Source: Chitinophaga sp. (GTDB taxonomy: Bacteria; Bacteroidota; Bacteroidia; Chitinophagales; Chitinophagaceae). Taken from it: DNA of 64,000 nt. The first letter of the stretch is position 1. The number at the start of each line of letters is the position of its first letter. The stretch is taken from positions 14,150-78,149 of the forward strand of contig NZ_DASTRI010000001.1 of the NCBI RefSeq assembly GCF_035761305.1, read 5' to 3'. The notes beneath the pieces were generated by a model that saw only the letters and a list, made by a program, of their open reading frames with translations, was not told the origin of the DNA and ran no database searches. The translations under genes were made by a program, and so were the position numbers. Positions 8,051 through 17,688 of the stretch are shown piece after piece.

Positions 8051-8761
8051 TTTATCCGTAATCAGCGCCACAACATCCGGATCGGTGGAGAGGTTGCGCA
8101 TTTGCACCAGTATGCGGCGCTGGCGCCAGCTGGTAATGCGTGCAGGCGGGTTTACCGTGTACTTTACAGGATTGGGCAGGCAGGCGGTTATCATGGCGGC
8201 CTGCTCGCGGTTCAGGGAAGCGGCGGAGCGGTGGTAGTAAGCCCGGGCAGCCGCTTCAAAACCAAAAATGCCATCGCCGGTTTGGGCTACGTTCATATAC
8301 ATTTCCAGGATGCGTTTTTTACCCCAGATCTTTTCTATCATAAAAGTAAAATACACTTCCAGGCCCTTGCGCAGCCAGCTGCGGCCCTGCCATAAAAACA
8401 CGTTCTTGGCTACCTGCTGGCTGATGGTGCTGGCTCCCCGGATTTTTTTGCTTTTCTGGTTATGCTTCATCGCCTTTTCAATGGACTTGAAGTCGAACCC
8501 ATCATGATCAGGGAACAGCTGGTCTTCGCTGGCAATAACGGCCAGCCGGGCATACTGGGAAATATCTTCCGCATCGGCCCAGGTTTTATGAAAGTGCTTA
8601 TCGGTACCCCAAAGGCTAACCCAGCTGGAGATCATGGTGAGGGTAATTGGCGGATTGACCCAACGTAACATAACGAGGTAAACGAAATGTGCAATAAACA
8701 GGATCAGCAGTATACGTTTCAGTTTTTTCCATGTTCTGGGTACAATACCTTTTAATTCCAT
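8033..8761 (-). CDS. mtgA: monofunctional biosynthetic peptidoglycan transglycosylase
   Basis: 242-aa ORF with an N-terminal TM helix and the GT51 motifs ASEDQLFPDHDGFD and RGASTISQQVAKN. Confidence 0.9.
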   Translation of the reverse strand: MELKGIVPRTWKKLKRILLILFIAHFVYLVMLRWVNPPITLTMISSWVSLWGTDKHFHKTWADAEDISQYARLAVIASEDQLFPDHDGFDFKSIEKAMKHNQKSKKIRGASTISQQVAKNVFLWQGRSWLRKGLEVYFTFMIEKIWGKKRILEMYMNVAQTGDGIFGFEAAARAYYHRSAASLNREQAAMITACLPNPVKYTVNPPARITSWRQRRILVQMRNLSTDPDVVALITDKKNVKH

Positions 8762-8824
8762 CCAGGTGGGTTTAGAGAAAAATCGGGCGGAAAGTTATAT
8801 AAAATTTAGTTTAGGAAATGGTAC

Positions 8825-8832
8825 TACCTTTG
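8825..8832 (+). promoter_or_regulatory. -7 box TACCTTTG upstream of tsaC
   Basis: TAnnTTTG match. It lies inside the long ORF-track ORF, arguing for the downstream ATG at 8869. Confidence 0.4.
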
Positions 8833-8868
8833 AGGCAGAAGGTCATTCATCATCAAATAACCGGCGCT

Positions 8869-9486
8869 ATGTTACTGCAATTACACCTGGAAAATCCCAA
8901 TCCGCGTCATGTGAAAACCATTGTGGAATGCCTGCGCGGGGGCGGCATCATTATTTATCCGACTGATACGGTATATGGCATGGGATGCGATATTTCACAG
9001 CCCAAAGCTATAGAACGCATTTGCCGTATTAAGGGAATAGATCCTAAAAAGGCGCATTTTTCCTTTATCTGCTATGATCTCAGCCACCTGTCGGATTACG
9101 CCAAAAGTGTAGATACGCCGGTGTTCCGCATGTTAAAAAAAGCGCTGCCGGGCCCTTACACCTTTATTTTGCCGGCCAGCAAACAGGTGCCTAAAATGCT
9201 GAAAACAAAAAAAGATACCGTAGGCATACGCGTGCCCGATAACAACATTTGCCGTACCATTGTAAAGGAGCTGGGCAACCCGGTAATGAGCACCTCCCTG
9301 CCGGTTGAGCACTACGTGGAAGAATATACGGACCCGGAGATCATCCATGAAAAATTCGGTAAAATAGTAGATATTGTAGTGGATGGCGGAATGGGCGGCG
9401 TTACCTTCTCTACCGTAATTGATTGTACCGGGCCGGAGCCGGAAGTAATACGCGAAGGCGCCGGCAGCCTGGAGCTGATAGGATAA
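8869..9486 (+). CDS. tsaC: L-threonylcarbamoyladenylate synthase (YrdC/TsaC family)
   Basis: IIIYPTDTVYGMGCD and PGPYTFIL...VGIRVPD motifs of the YrdC domain; start chosen at MLLQLHLENP. Confidence 0.85.
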   Translation: MLLQLHLENPNPRHVKTIVECLRGGGIIIYPTDTVYGMGCDISQPKAIERICRIKGIDPKKAHFSFICYDLSHLSDYAKSVDTPVFRMLKKALPGPYTFILPASKQVPKMLKTKKDTVGIRVPDNNICRTIVKELGNPVMSTSLPVEHYVEEYTDPEIIHEKFGKIVDIVVDGGMGGVTFSTVIDCTGPEPEVIREGAGSLELIG

Positions 9487-9498
9487 CATTTTACACCA

Positions 9499-9786
9499 GT
9501 GAAGCTGCTGCGTAATACCATATGGATATTGTTGCTGCTGCCGGCTACTGTGGCCGGCGCACAAAGCCTGCAGCTGCCCGCGCAGCGGGCAGATACGGTT
9601 AAGCGTATGCCATTACCGGCCTATATGATAACACCCGTTTCCGCAATGGCGCCAGGCACCTATTACCAGCAGCACTTTGGCGTGTTCTGTAAACAGGAGT
9701 GGCTGCTGGAAAAGCAAATACATGTGCCGGTAAAGCTGCGCCTGGGTACTTACCAGTACACGCAAAGGCTGGAAGGGAAGCAGTGA
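9499..9786 (+). CDS. small secreted hypothetical protein
   Basis: 95-aa ORF (GTG start) with signal peptide LLLLPATVAGAQS, 12 nt after tsaC; no recognisable domain. Confidence 0.45.
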   Translation: MKLLRNTIWILLLLPATVAGAQSLQLPAQRADTVKRMPLPAYMITPVSAMAPGTYYQQHFGVFCKQEWLLEKQIHVPVKLRLGTYQYTQRLEGKQ

Positions 9787-9789
9787 TGG

Positions 9790-9836
9790 GAATGTAAAAT
9801 GTAAAATAATAAATGTAAAATGTAGAATGTAAAAGT
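9790..9836. repeat. ATGTAAA-heptamer element, solo left arm (copy B)
   Basis: GAATGTAAAATGTAAAATAATAAATGTAAAATGTAGAATGTAAAAGT is nearly identical to the left arm of copy D; no matching right arm follows. Confidence 0.8.
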
Positions 9837-9918
9837 TGAGGCGGCGGGTAACTGGAAAAAAGAGGCGACAGGAGAAAGGCTAACAGGAACTGAACGAAAA
9901 GTGAAAACAACATATCAT

Positions 9919-9959
9919 GCAAAAGGGGAATGCTGTGATGAACAGCGCTCCCCTTTTGC
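9919..9959. terminator. strong hairpin (11-bp stem GCAAAAGGGGA/TCCCCTTTTGC), probable terminator for pepC and possibly bidirectional
   Basis: Read directly; 36 nt downstream of the pepC stop; T-rich tract follows on the minus strand. Confidence 0.55.
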
Positions 9960-9994
9960 ATTTGGTTAAATGTATAAACGCATTGCCTGCAGGT

Positions 9995-11143
9995 TTATTT
10001 AATGCCCATTTTTTTGGCAATGTCCGCAGGGATGGCCTTTTTATTTACCAGTATGTTGGTGGTTTTGTAGGCAAAGTAAGGCACAGAGGCGTAAAAGTAG
10101 CCCTGGTCAAAATTGCCGGTGCCCCAGGAGTTCTTTACACGGAAATATTTATTGCCGTTCTGGTCTTTTACCAGGCCAACCAGGTGCATACCGTGATCGT
10201 CCTGGGTTTCGTAGTTATCAAAAGCCTGCTGGCGTACTTCAGGGGTAATGGTTTTTTCCTTGCCCGGTTCTTCAAACAGCTGCTTACGTTCCTCAGGCGT
10301 CATATCGCTCCAGTCTTTTTCCGGCACTACGGCCAGGCCGTTGGGGAAGCTGAAATACTTTTCACTTACATCCGCTGCCCAGGCTACGGTATAGCCGGTG
10401 GTGATGGCGTTTTCCGCAATGCTGATCATATCTTCCAGGGGTACGTTATACACCTTTTCCCAGTTCCAGTTATCCGGTACTTCCAGCACAAACTGCTGAT
10501 AGTAAGGGTGGTGGGTAAAGGAAGTTACAATCACATAATCGTCTGCATTCAGGCCAAGCTCTTTGGCAAAGGACTGCGGGGTATAGGTTTTGCCTTTGTA
10601 TTCAAAGGTTTCCGGCGCATCGCCCATATAGCTGTTGAGCACTCCTTCAAAAGCTTTGTGCCAGCTGGGATTAATGGTGGTTTCTTTATTGGCAATGGTT
10701 TTTAGCATGCCTTCCAGCAGGCTTTCCATTTCGGAGTGGTTGTACATTTTAACGCGGTTACCGTCGTACACCGACTGCGGTACCAGGCCATATTTGCGCA
10801 GGCACAGCAGGTCGTCGGGGAAGCCGCCGCCTTCGCCAAAGTTGGCTTTACCGTGCATGCGTACATAGTTATCGGCTTTCAGGGGGTACATTTTGCGTAC
10901 TACATACATCTCGCTCAGGTTAAGGCCTTCACCTTTGCCGTTGCGCAGCAGCTCCGACTCAAAAAAGGAGATGCCGGAAAAAGACCAGCAGGTGCCGGTC
11001 ATGCCCTGGTTTTGCACATCATAGGCATCCAGGTTTTTGATAGTGGTAAATTGGTAATGGCTGCCTTCTTTGTTTGTATTGGTGTTTTGTGCCAGCACCG
11101 TGGTGCTGGAGAATAGTGCAATGCACACAATCCATTTTTTCAT
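9995..11143 (-). CDS. pepC: aminopeptidase C / bleomycin hydrolase-like cysteine peptidase (C1B family), secreted
   Basis: QGMTGTCWSFSGISFFESELLR active-site Cys motif and HGMHLVG; start set at MKKWIVCIALFSS (signal peptide). Confidence 0.85.
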   Translation of the reverse strand: MKKWIVCIALFSSTTVLAQNTNTNKEGSHYQFTTIKNLDAYDVQNQGMTGTCWSFSGISFFESELLRNGKGEGLNLSEMYVVRKMYPLKADNYVRMHGKANFGEGGGFPDDLLCLRKYGLVPQSVYDGNRVKMYNHSEMESLLEGMLKTIANKETTINPSWHKAFEGVLNSYMGDAPETFEYKGKTYTPQSFAKELGLNADDYVIVTSFTHHPYYQQFVLEVPDNWNWEKVYNVPLEDMISIAENAITTGYTVAWAADVSEKYFSFPNGLAVVPEKDWSDMTPEERKQLFEEPGKEKTITPEVRQQAFDNYETQDDHGMHLVGLVKDQNGNKYFRVKNSWGTGNFDQGYFYASVPYFAYKTTNILVNKKAIPADIAKKMGIK

Positions 11144-11332
11144 ACGGTTACAAGTTTGTTTTGTTGTTTGCTCGTTCAATTGTTCAATAATAACGGTGAG
11201 GTATAAGTATTCGCCGTAAGCCCCCAATAATGACGGTTGGTTCCATTATAAGCAGGAGCTGTTTATAAGGTGCCAAATATAAGTGAATGAAGGGAATGCG
11301 GTATATAAAAGATGGATGAGCGGGAAAAGGGC

Positions 11333-11887
11333 TCAGGAACGGCTTTCCAGTTCGTTCTTTTCCCAGCGGGCGTTATACTGTTCTCTTGTGATGGCCCATT
11401 GCCACAGCTGTTCATTTTCCTTGTCGGACACTTCGCCGGCAAACTGCATCCCGGCTTTCTGAAGGATTTTTACAGAGGCATTGTACTCCTCTTCCGTATG
11501 GGCTACCACTTTTTGCACATAGGAGTGGCTAAAGGCAAAGCGGATAAGGGCGGCGGCCATTTCGGTACCATAGCCCTGCTCGCGGTAGCTGGGAATTATT
11601 TCATAGCCTATTTCCACCAGGCCGTTTTTATCCGGCCGGTCTTTAAAGCCGCCTGCGCCAATAAGCCGGCGGTCGGCCCGGTGTATTACCAGGTAAAAAA
11701 ACCAGCCCAGCATAGAGGGGTCGTTACGGAGTTTATCATAGGCTACCAGCACTACTTCGGGGAACTCTGTCCAGTGTTCGGGGATATCAATGCCCAGCAG
11801 GTCGGCCAAAACATCATTGCCCTGCAGCAGCGCTTCAAAGTACTGCAGGGAGCAAGGTAATAGCTGTAAACGTGATGTTTGGATCAT
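11333..11887 (-). CDS. GNAT family N-acetyltransferase (RimJ/RimL-like)
   Basis: 184-aa ORF; IGYEIIPSYREQGYGTE...ALIRFAF acetyl-CoA binding region. Confidence 0.75.
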   Translation of the reverse strand: MIQTSRLQLLPCSLQYFEALLQGNDVLADLLGIDIPEHWTEFPEVVLVAYDKLRNDPSMLGWFFYLVIHRADRRLIGAGGFKDRPDKNGLVEIGYEIIPSYREQGYGTEMAAALIRFAFSHSYVQKVVAHTEEEYNASVKILQKAGMQFAGEVSDKENEQLWQWAITREQYNARWEKNELESRS

Positions 11888-11924
11888 GTACGAAAGCTAG
11901 TAAACGAAATCGGGAAATACAAGG

Positions 11925-12227
11925 GTAATTACGAATTATTCAATTACGGATTACGGATTGGAATGCAGCGGATGGAATGGGGAGAAAGGGGTCAATTACG
12001 AATTGTTTAATTACAAATTATGAATAGGTGCAGCGGGAAGAATTGGTCAATTGTGCTTACCATAGGTAATTACGAAGGAGGTGCAAATAGCCTGGCAGGC
12101 AACAGCCGGCGCAAACCGAAATTATAATTTATCAATTGCCATTCCATAAGCGCGGAGCATTGGGTGTTCCGCGCTTATGAAAAATGTCCCGTTTTGCGGG
12201 ATCGTAATTAAACAATTCGTAATTGAC
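11925..12227. repeat. AATTACGAAT-family repeat region including a MITE-like unit with perfect 24-bp terminal inverted repeats (11991-12014 / 12204-12227)
   Basis: GTCAATTACGAATTGTTTAATTAC and its exact reverse complement GTAATTAAACAATTCGTAATTGAC flank 189 bp. Additional AATTACG(A/G)AT copies lie at 11925-11960. Confidence 0.85.
12145..12179 (-). terminator. 12-bp perfect hairpin CATAAGCGCGGA/TCCGCGCTTATG inside the MITE-like unit, candidate polA terminator
   Basis: Read directly; 48 nt downstream of the polA stop; an A/T-rich tract follows on the minus strand, but not a clean U-run. Confidence 0.4.
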
Positions 12228-15052
12228 TAATGCGCTTCCAGCCAGTTGTTGCCGGCACCTATTTCCGCTTCAATAGGTACGGCCAGGGGCAGGGCGTTGC
12301 GCATGCCCTCCAGTATAAGCGGCTTAATAGTTTCCACCTCATCGCGGTGGGCGTCAAATACCAGCTCATCGTGCACCTGCAGCAGCATTTTTGATTTCAG
12401 GTTGTGCTGCTGAAAGGTTTTGTGCACGGTTATCATGGCCAGCTTTATCATATCGGCGGCAGTGCCCTGTATGGGCATGTTAATAGCGTTGCGCTCTGCA
12501 TAGCCACGCACTACCGCATTGGACGAGTTAATATCCTTTAACCACCGTTTGCGGCCCAGCAGCGTTTGTACGTAACCGTTCTGCTGCGCAAAACGTATCT
12601 GCTTATCCATATACTCCTTAATGGCGGGGTATTGCGTAAAGTAGTTATCAATAAGCGTTTTGGCTTCTGAGCGGGGAATGCCCAGGTTTTCTGAAAGGCC
12701 AAAGGCGCTAACGCCGTAAATAATGCCAAAGTTCACACTCTTGGCGTTGCGGCGCATCTGGGGCGTTACCGCGTCCATTTCCACGCCATATACCTTGGCG
12801 GCGGTAGCAGCGTGAATGTCAAGCCCTTTCTGGAAGGCCTCCATCATCTGCTTATCTTCACTAATGGCGGCAATAATGCGCAGCTCAATCTGCGAGTAGT
12901 CGGCAGAAAGCAGCACATATTCCTCATTGCGCGGCACAAAGGCTTTGCGCACCTCACGGCCACGGTCTGTACGAATAGGAATGTTCTGCAGGTTGGGGTT
13001 GTTGGAGCTTAAACGCCCGGTTACAGCCACTGCCTGGTTATAAGAGGTGTGTATACGGTTGGTGCGTTTGTTGATCATTAACGGCAATGCATCAACGTAA
13101 GTGGATTTAAGCTTGCTCAGCTCCCGGAAAATCAGGATGTCTTCCACTATCTGGTGCTTGTTCGACAGTTTGGCCAGCACATCTTCGCCGGTGGCATACT
13201 GGCCGGTGCGGGTTTTTTTAGCTTTGGGGTCGAGCTGCAGCTTTTCAAACAGCACTTCGCCCAGCTGCCGGGGCGATGCCAGGTTAAAGCGTACGCCGGC
13301 CTGCTGGTACACGCTTTCCTCTGCCCTTTTTATTTCGCCTTCCAGCTCACGGGAGTAGTCGGCCAGGGCCTGTGTGTCCACCGCAATGCCTTCGTACTCC
13401 ATATCGGTAAGCACGCGTACCAGCGGGTTTTCTACCTCATAAAAAACCCTGGCCACACTTTTCTGCGTGAGCAGGGGCGTAAATTTTTCTTTCAGCTGCA
13501 GGGTAATGTCGGCATCTTCCGCGGCGTATTCCTTTATTTTTTCCAGCTCCACATCGCGCATATTGCCCTGGTTCTTGCCTTTTTTGCCAATAAGGGTTTC
13601 TATGGAAACGGGCATGTACTGGAGGTACTGGGCTGCCAGCAAATCCATGCTGCGGCGGCCTTCCGGCTCTATCAGGTAATGGGCCAGCATGGTATCAAAG
13701 ATGGGGCCTTTAATATCAATGCCATACCACTTAAGCACAATCATATCGTACTTAATGTTTTGCCCTACAAAGGTGAGCTGCTCATTTTCAAATACCGGGC
13801 GAAAGGTTTCCAGTATGGCCCTGGTAGCCTGCTGGTCGGCCGGTACAGGTACATACCAGGCTTCGCTTTTGCAGCAGGCAAAGCTCATGCCTACCATTTC
13901 CACGGCATTGGCATCGGTGCCGGTGGTTTCTGTATCAAAGCAGATTTCTGTTTGCTGCTGCAGCAGGGCAATCAGCTCCGCTCTTTTCTCCGGCGTATCT
14001 GCAAGGTGGTAGGTGTGCGGGGTGTTTTCAATATGGCGGTCGGCCAGCAGCACGTTAATGCCGGTGTCCGGCGCTTGCTCACGTGCGGCCAGGGTGGCGG
14101 TATCTTCTACAATATTCCCAAACAGGTCTGTTTGCTGCGGCTTTGCGGGCAGGGGCGCTTCTGAGTTGGCAGAGGCAAAGGTATCGCCCAGTATGCGCTT
14201 GCCCAGTGTTTTAAATTCCAGCTCTGTAAAAATGGTGGTAAGAGCTTCCCTGTTGGGTTCTTTAATGCAAAAGTCCTCTTCATGGAAAGTAACCGGTACA
14301 TCGGTGATAATGGTAGCCAGCTGTTTTGACATCAGCGCAGCTTCCGCGCCGGCTTTGATCTTCTCGCCCATTTTACCGCCAATGTTATCTGCATTGGCCA
14401 GCACATTTTCCACGGAGTGGTATTGCGACAGCAGCTTCATAGCGGTTTTTTCCCCGATGCCCGCAATGCCGGGGATATTATCCACCGCATCGCCCATGAG
14501 GCCCAGTATGTCTATTACCTGGTGCACATCGCTGATCTGCCACTTGGTGCAAACTTCTTTCGGGCCCATGATCTCCTCTTTATTGCCCATGTACGGCGGC
14601 TTGTAAATGAACACGTTTTCCTTTACCAGCTGCCCGTAATCCTTATCCGGCGTAACCATATATACCTGGTACCCGGCGTTGGCGGCCTGCCAGGCCAGGG
14701 TGCCGATTACATCATCGGCCTCATAGCCGTCTACCTCAATAACGGGTATATTAAAACCGTCGATAATACGCTTGATGTCCGGCAGGGCTTCTGTAAGATC
14801 TTCGGGCGCTTCCTGCCGGTTGGCCTTGTATGCTTCAAAAGAGGTATGGCGTTCGGTGGGCGCAGCGGTATCAAATGCTACGGCCATGTGCGTAGGCTTT
14901 TCTTTGTTGATCAGGTCCAGCAGGGTGGTGGTAAAGCCAAACTGCGCGTTGGTATTACGGCCGGAGGTGGTTAACCTTGGGTTCCTGATAAGGGCATAAT
15001 AGGCACGGTAAATGAGTGCCATAGCATCCAGTAAAAACAGTTTCTTTTGCAT
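12227..15052 (-). CDS. polA: DNA polymerase I
   Basis: 941-aa ORF with 5-prime nuclease N-terminus (LFLLDAMALIYRAYYA), 3-5 exonuclease (FDTETTG) and Pol A motifs (DYSQIELR, RRNAKSVNFGIIYG, QVHDELVF). Confidence 0.97.
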   Translation of the reverse strand: MQKKLFLLDAMALIYRAYYALIRNPRLTTSGRNTNAQFGFTTTLLDLINKEKPTHMAVAFDTAAPTERHTSFEAYKANRQEAPEDLTEALPDIKRIIDGFNIPVIEVDGYEADDVIGTLAWQAANAGYQVYMVTPDKDYGQLVKENVFIYKPPYMGNKEEIMGPKEVCTKWQISDVHQVIDILGLMGDAVDNIPGIAGIGEKTAMKLLSQYHSVENVLANADNIGGKMGEKIKAGAEAALMSKQLATIITDVPVTFHEEDFCIKEPNREALTTIFTELEFKTLGKRILGDTFASANSEAPLPAKPQQTDLFGNIVEDTATLAAREQAPDTGINVLLADRHIENTPHTYHLADTPEKRAELIALLQQQTEICFDTETTGTDANAVEMVGMSFACCKSEAWYVPVPADQQATRAILETFRPVFENEQLTFVGQNIKYDMIVLKWYGIDIKGPIFDTMLAHYLIEPEGRRSMDLLAAQYLQYMPVSIETLIGKKGKNQGNMRDVELEKIKEYAAEDADITLQLKEKFTPLLTQKSVARVFYEVENPLVRVLTDMEYEGIAVDTQALADYSRELEGEIKRAEESVYQQAGVRFNLASPRQLGEVLFEKLQLDPKAKKTRTGQYATGEDVLAKLSNKHQIVEDILIFRELSKLKSTYVDALPLMINKRTNRIHTSYNQAVAVTGRLSSNNPNLQNIPIRTDRGREVRKAFVPRNEEYVLLSADYSQIELRIIAAISEDKQMMEAFQKGLDIHAATAAKVYGVEMDAVTPQMRRNAKSVNFGIIYGVSAFGLSENLGIPRSEAKTLIDNYFTQYPAIKEYMDKQIRFAQQNGYVQTLLGRKRWLKDINSSNAVVRGYAERNAINMPIQGTAADMIKLAMITVHKTFQQHNLKSKMLLQVHDELVFDAHRDEVETIKPLILEGMRNALPLAVPIEAEIGAGNNWLEAH

Positions 15053-15157
15053 GCGCTAAACCTACGTGAATTTGAGTAATGTGCAAAGTTAGGGGTTTAA
15101 AGTTTGAAAGTTTTTACGGCATATGTATGTTTGATGAGGAATTATACCTGGATAAAC

Positions 15158-15487
15158 ATGAAGAAATTATACCATTTATCTACCTGCTCTACCTGCAAAA
15201 AAATTATCGCGGAAACAGGCGTGCAGCAAAAGGGATTTGTATTGCAGGATATTAAAACGGAACCGATTACCCCGGCCCAGCTGGATGAAATGGCGCGGCT
15301 GGCCGGCAGCTATGAGGCGTTGTTTAGCCGCCGCAGCCAAAAGTACCGTCCTATGGGCCTGCATGAGAAAACGCTTACGGAAGATGATTACCGCAAACTG
15401 ATACTGCAGGAGTACACTTTCCTGAAACGCCCCGTAGCGGTGGTGGAAGGGAGGATTTATGTTGGTGCGGAAACGAAGAAAGTGTGA
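15158..15487 (+). CDS. ArsC/Spx/MgsR family protein (YffB-like)
   Basis: 109 aa from MKKLYHLSTCSTCKK (CxxC) with a LKRPV motif near the C-terminus; the upstream part of the ORF-track ORF is judged untranslated. Confidence 0.75.
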   Translation: MKKLYHLSTCSTCKKIIAETGVQQKGFVLQDIKTEPITPAQLDEMARLAGSYEALFSRRSQKYRPMGLHEKTLTEDDYRKLILQEYTFLKRPVAVVEGRIYVGAETKKV

Positions 15488-15657
15488 AGATGTGCGGATA
15501 TGCAGATGTGGGCAAGGTGCTATTGAGGCGGTGTTTAGATGGATTGATTTGATTAATGGATGAAGTATTTTTAAAGCGGCGTGTAATGTGCGTAATGCAC
15601 GCTGTATGCATATTTCGCTGCATTTTCATCTGCCCATTTGCATATCTGCCCATTGCT

Positions 15658-16752
15658 TTACTTTTCCCTGAGAAACGCTTTTACTACATTTTTGTACTGC
15701 TCCATATCCTGCTCATGCTGGAAAGAGCGGAAGGGGAATGCGGCCGCGCCCTCCAGGGCTTTGGCCAGGTTAAACTTTTCCTGTGGTAGGCTGTAAAAAT
15801 ATCCCTTTTCCATCAGGTATGTTCCCAGGTATTCCTGCTCCGATTGCCCCGGAGTGGGCACCAGTATGGCTTTTTTATTTAGCTTGGCCAGGTCCATAAG
15901 GGTGGTGTAGCCGCTGCGGCTCAACACCATCCCGGATGCCAACATGGCGTCGTTGAGCTCCTGCGCGTTCAGGTGGTTCACCTGCAGTACGTTGGGGGTA
16001 ATTTGCTGCCGTTGTGGCGCATCGGGCCGGCCGCTTACAATAAGGGCGCGGATGGGCAGCTCCTTAATCTGTTCCAGGATCAGCTTTTCCAGGTTGGAGC
16101 GCTGCGGCTCGGGGCCGGAAATAAGTACCAGCAAATCGTATAGCCGGGCTACGTTTTCCCTGGGCTTAAAGCGGCTCAGGCAGCCGATGTAGGTGGTATT
16201 GGGCGGCAATTTGCCCGGATGGCCCAGTATGCCGGAGAGGTTATTATCCCCTGCAAAGTCGGGCACCCAGCAGGCCCCGTAGCGGCGTATATACTTATAG
16301 TTGAGCTTTTGCAGCAAGCGCTCTGTAAATCCTCCGAAAGGGGTTTTGATGAGCAGCTGGTGGGAAATAAACACACAGGGAATACCGGGGTGGTACAATC
16401 CAAAGCGGTTATCGGAAATAACTCCCTGAATACCATGGGTTTTTACCACATCCTGCAGCCATTGCTGCTCATAGCGCACCGACCGCAATATTTTAGGGAT
16501 CTGCTGTATTATCTTCCAGCCAAAGAACCAGCCTTTTTTGGCATACTGTATACGGTAGCCGGGCAGCGGCAGTATGGTAAGCTGCGGAAACTCCTGCTGC
16601 AGCAGGGCGGCATGTTTTCCCTCAGCCGCAATAACTACGTCGCAGCCGGCGTTTAATATTTCGTAAATGAGGGGAATGTCGCGGGTAGCATGTCCAAGGC
16701 CCCAGTCAAGCGGTACTACCAGTATTTTTTTTGATGCGTAGCTTGTGGACAA
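15658..16752 (-). CDS. GT-B fold glycosyltransferase (MurG / GT28 C-terminal domain-like)
   Basis: 364-aa ORF; N-terminal LDWGLGHATRD and C-terminal SRSGYTTLMD...PTPGQSEQ nucleotide-sugar binding motifs. Confidence 0.75.
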   Translation of the reverse strand: MSTSYASKKILVVPLDWGLGHATRDIPLIYEILNAGCDVVIAAEGKHAALLQQEFPQLTILPLPGYRIQYAKKGWFFGWKIIQQIPKILRSVRYEQQWLQDVVKTHGIQGVISDNRFGLYHPGIPCVFISHQLLIKTPFGGFTERLLQKLNYKYIRRYGACWVPDFAGDNNLSGILGHPGKLPPNTTYIGCLSRFKPRENVARLYDLLVLISGPEPQRSNLEKLILEQIKELPIRALIVSGRPDAPQRQQITPNVLQVNHLNAQELNDAMLASGMVLSRSGYTTLMDLAKLNKKAILVPTPGQSEQEYLGTYLMEKGYFYSLPQEKFNLAKALEGAAAFPFRSFQHEQDMEQYKNVVKAFLREK

Positions 16753-16860
16753 ATAATTTAAAATTTTTTGCGAATTTAGCGTAATTTACAGTAGGTGTAT
16801 TGTTAAGAAAAGGTAAACTCTTTTACGATAGGATTATAAAAGAAGCTAGTTATATTTCGT

Positions 16861-16983
16861 ATGAAACAAATAAAATGGCTGTTGATCTTTTTTTTATGTG
16901 GGAGTCTGGTACTGCAGGGGTGCAGCGTATTTAAGAAGAATGATTGCGGTTGCCCAACTATGAACAAGAAACACATGCATTGA
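16861..16983 (+). CDS. 40-aa Cys/His-containing mini-lipoprotein (hypothetical)
   Basis: Own translation: MKQIKWLLIFFLCGSLVLQGCSVFKKNDCGCPTMNKKHMH-stop. It has a lipobox LVLQGC, is below the ORF-track length cut-off and sits in a low-GC spacer. Confidence 0.45.
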   Translation: MKQIKWLLIFFLCGSLVLQGCSVFKKNDCGCPTMNKKHMH

Positions 16984-17101
16984 TCACGGTTTCATTACGC
17001 AAGTAAAGAGCACCTTACCTTAGAGCACAGATCTGAACCTATCCTCTTTTATTGAAAACCCGGGTTGTAAAAATTATAGGGAACGTCAAACTTATTTTTC
17101 A

Positions 17102-17350
17102 ATGAAACCTGTAGAAAGGGACTTACTGATCTTATTGCATGAAGAGCGGTATAGCGAGCAGCAGATCCAGTTTGCAGTTAAGCAGATCAGCGAAATGCTG
17201 TCTGTAGTAGAAACCATGGATTACCTGTGCGCGGTAATGGAAGTAGCTGATTGTAACAAAAGCCGGGTTACCAGCAAACGTACCGTGCTGGAAAAAGTAT
17301 TTGCCAGGAAAACACAGCGCGCTTTTGAATTTGTAATTCACAAGAACTGA
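17102..17350 (+). CDS. hypothetical 82-aa protein
   Basis: ORF in the ORF track; no recognisable domain; non-repetitive, plausibly protein-like composition. Confidence 0.4.
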   Translation: MKPVERDLLILLHEERYSEQQIQFAVKQISEMLSVVETMDYLCAVMEVADCNKSRVTSKRTVLEKVFARKTQRAFEFVIHKN

Positions 17351-17688
17351 TCCGGTTTGCCCCGTGCGGCGTTTAACAATGTGCTGCCGGCATTTTCCCG
17401 TGCGCCCTTGTTTTTAGATTACCAAACCTGCTTACACTAACCCGTTTCTCCCCCCTTCCACTTTAGATAAATCCAATCATGCGGTTGTTACCGTAATGGA
17501 CATGTTATGCCGGGCAGGCGTGCCATATGTTCGTAAGCATGCGGCCCGCTGCTCCTGCCGTAAAATATAGCCGGCACGCTTACGGCGGTTGTTACAGCTA
17601 TAAGGCTGTACCACGTCGTGATTGCAGCGTTATAACCCGCTGTTAAAATCGCCCTCCTAAAAGCTGCGCGCTTTTTAAAATCTTGTTG

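Noticed and set aside
8818-8868. Upstream extension of tsaC, and similar extensions at 11144-11227, 15104-15157, 18898-18906, 19807-19827, 21131-21157, 22509-22544, 36756-36809, 39107-39166, 40666-40740 and 57042-57083
   Set aside because: In each case a downstream Met gives a canonical N-terminus (signal peptide, lipobox or conserved family start). The extension also either overlaps a promoter box or uses a non-ATG codon.
13154-14164. 336-aa plus-strand ORF and several 60-200-aa ORFs inside 12.2-15.1 kb
   Set aside because: They are antisense to polA, whose motifs are unambiguous. Stop-free antisense frames are typical of this codon usage, and the translations are low-complexity (G/F/L/A/V-rich).
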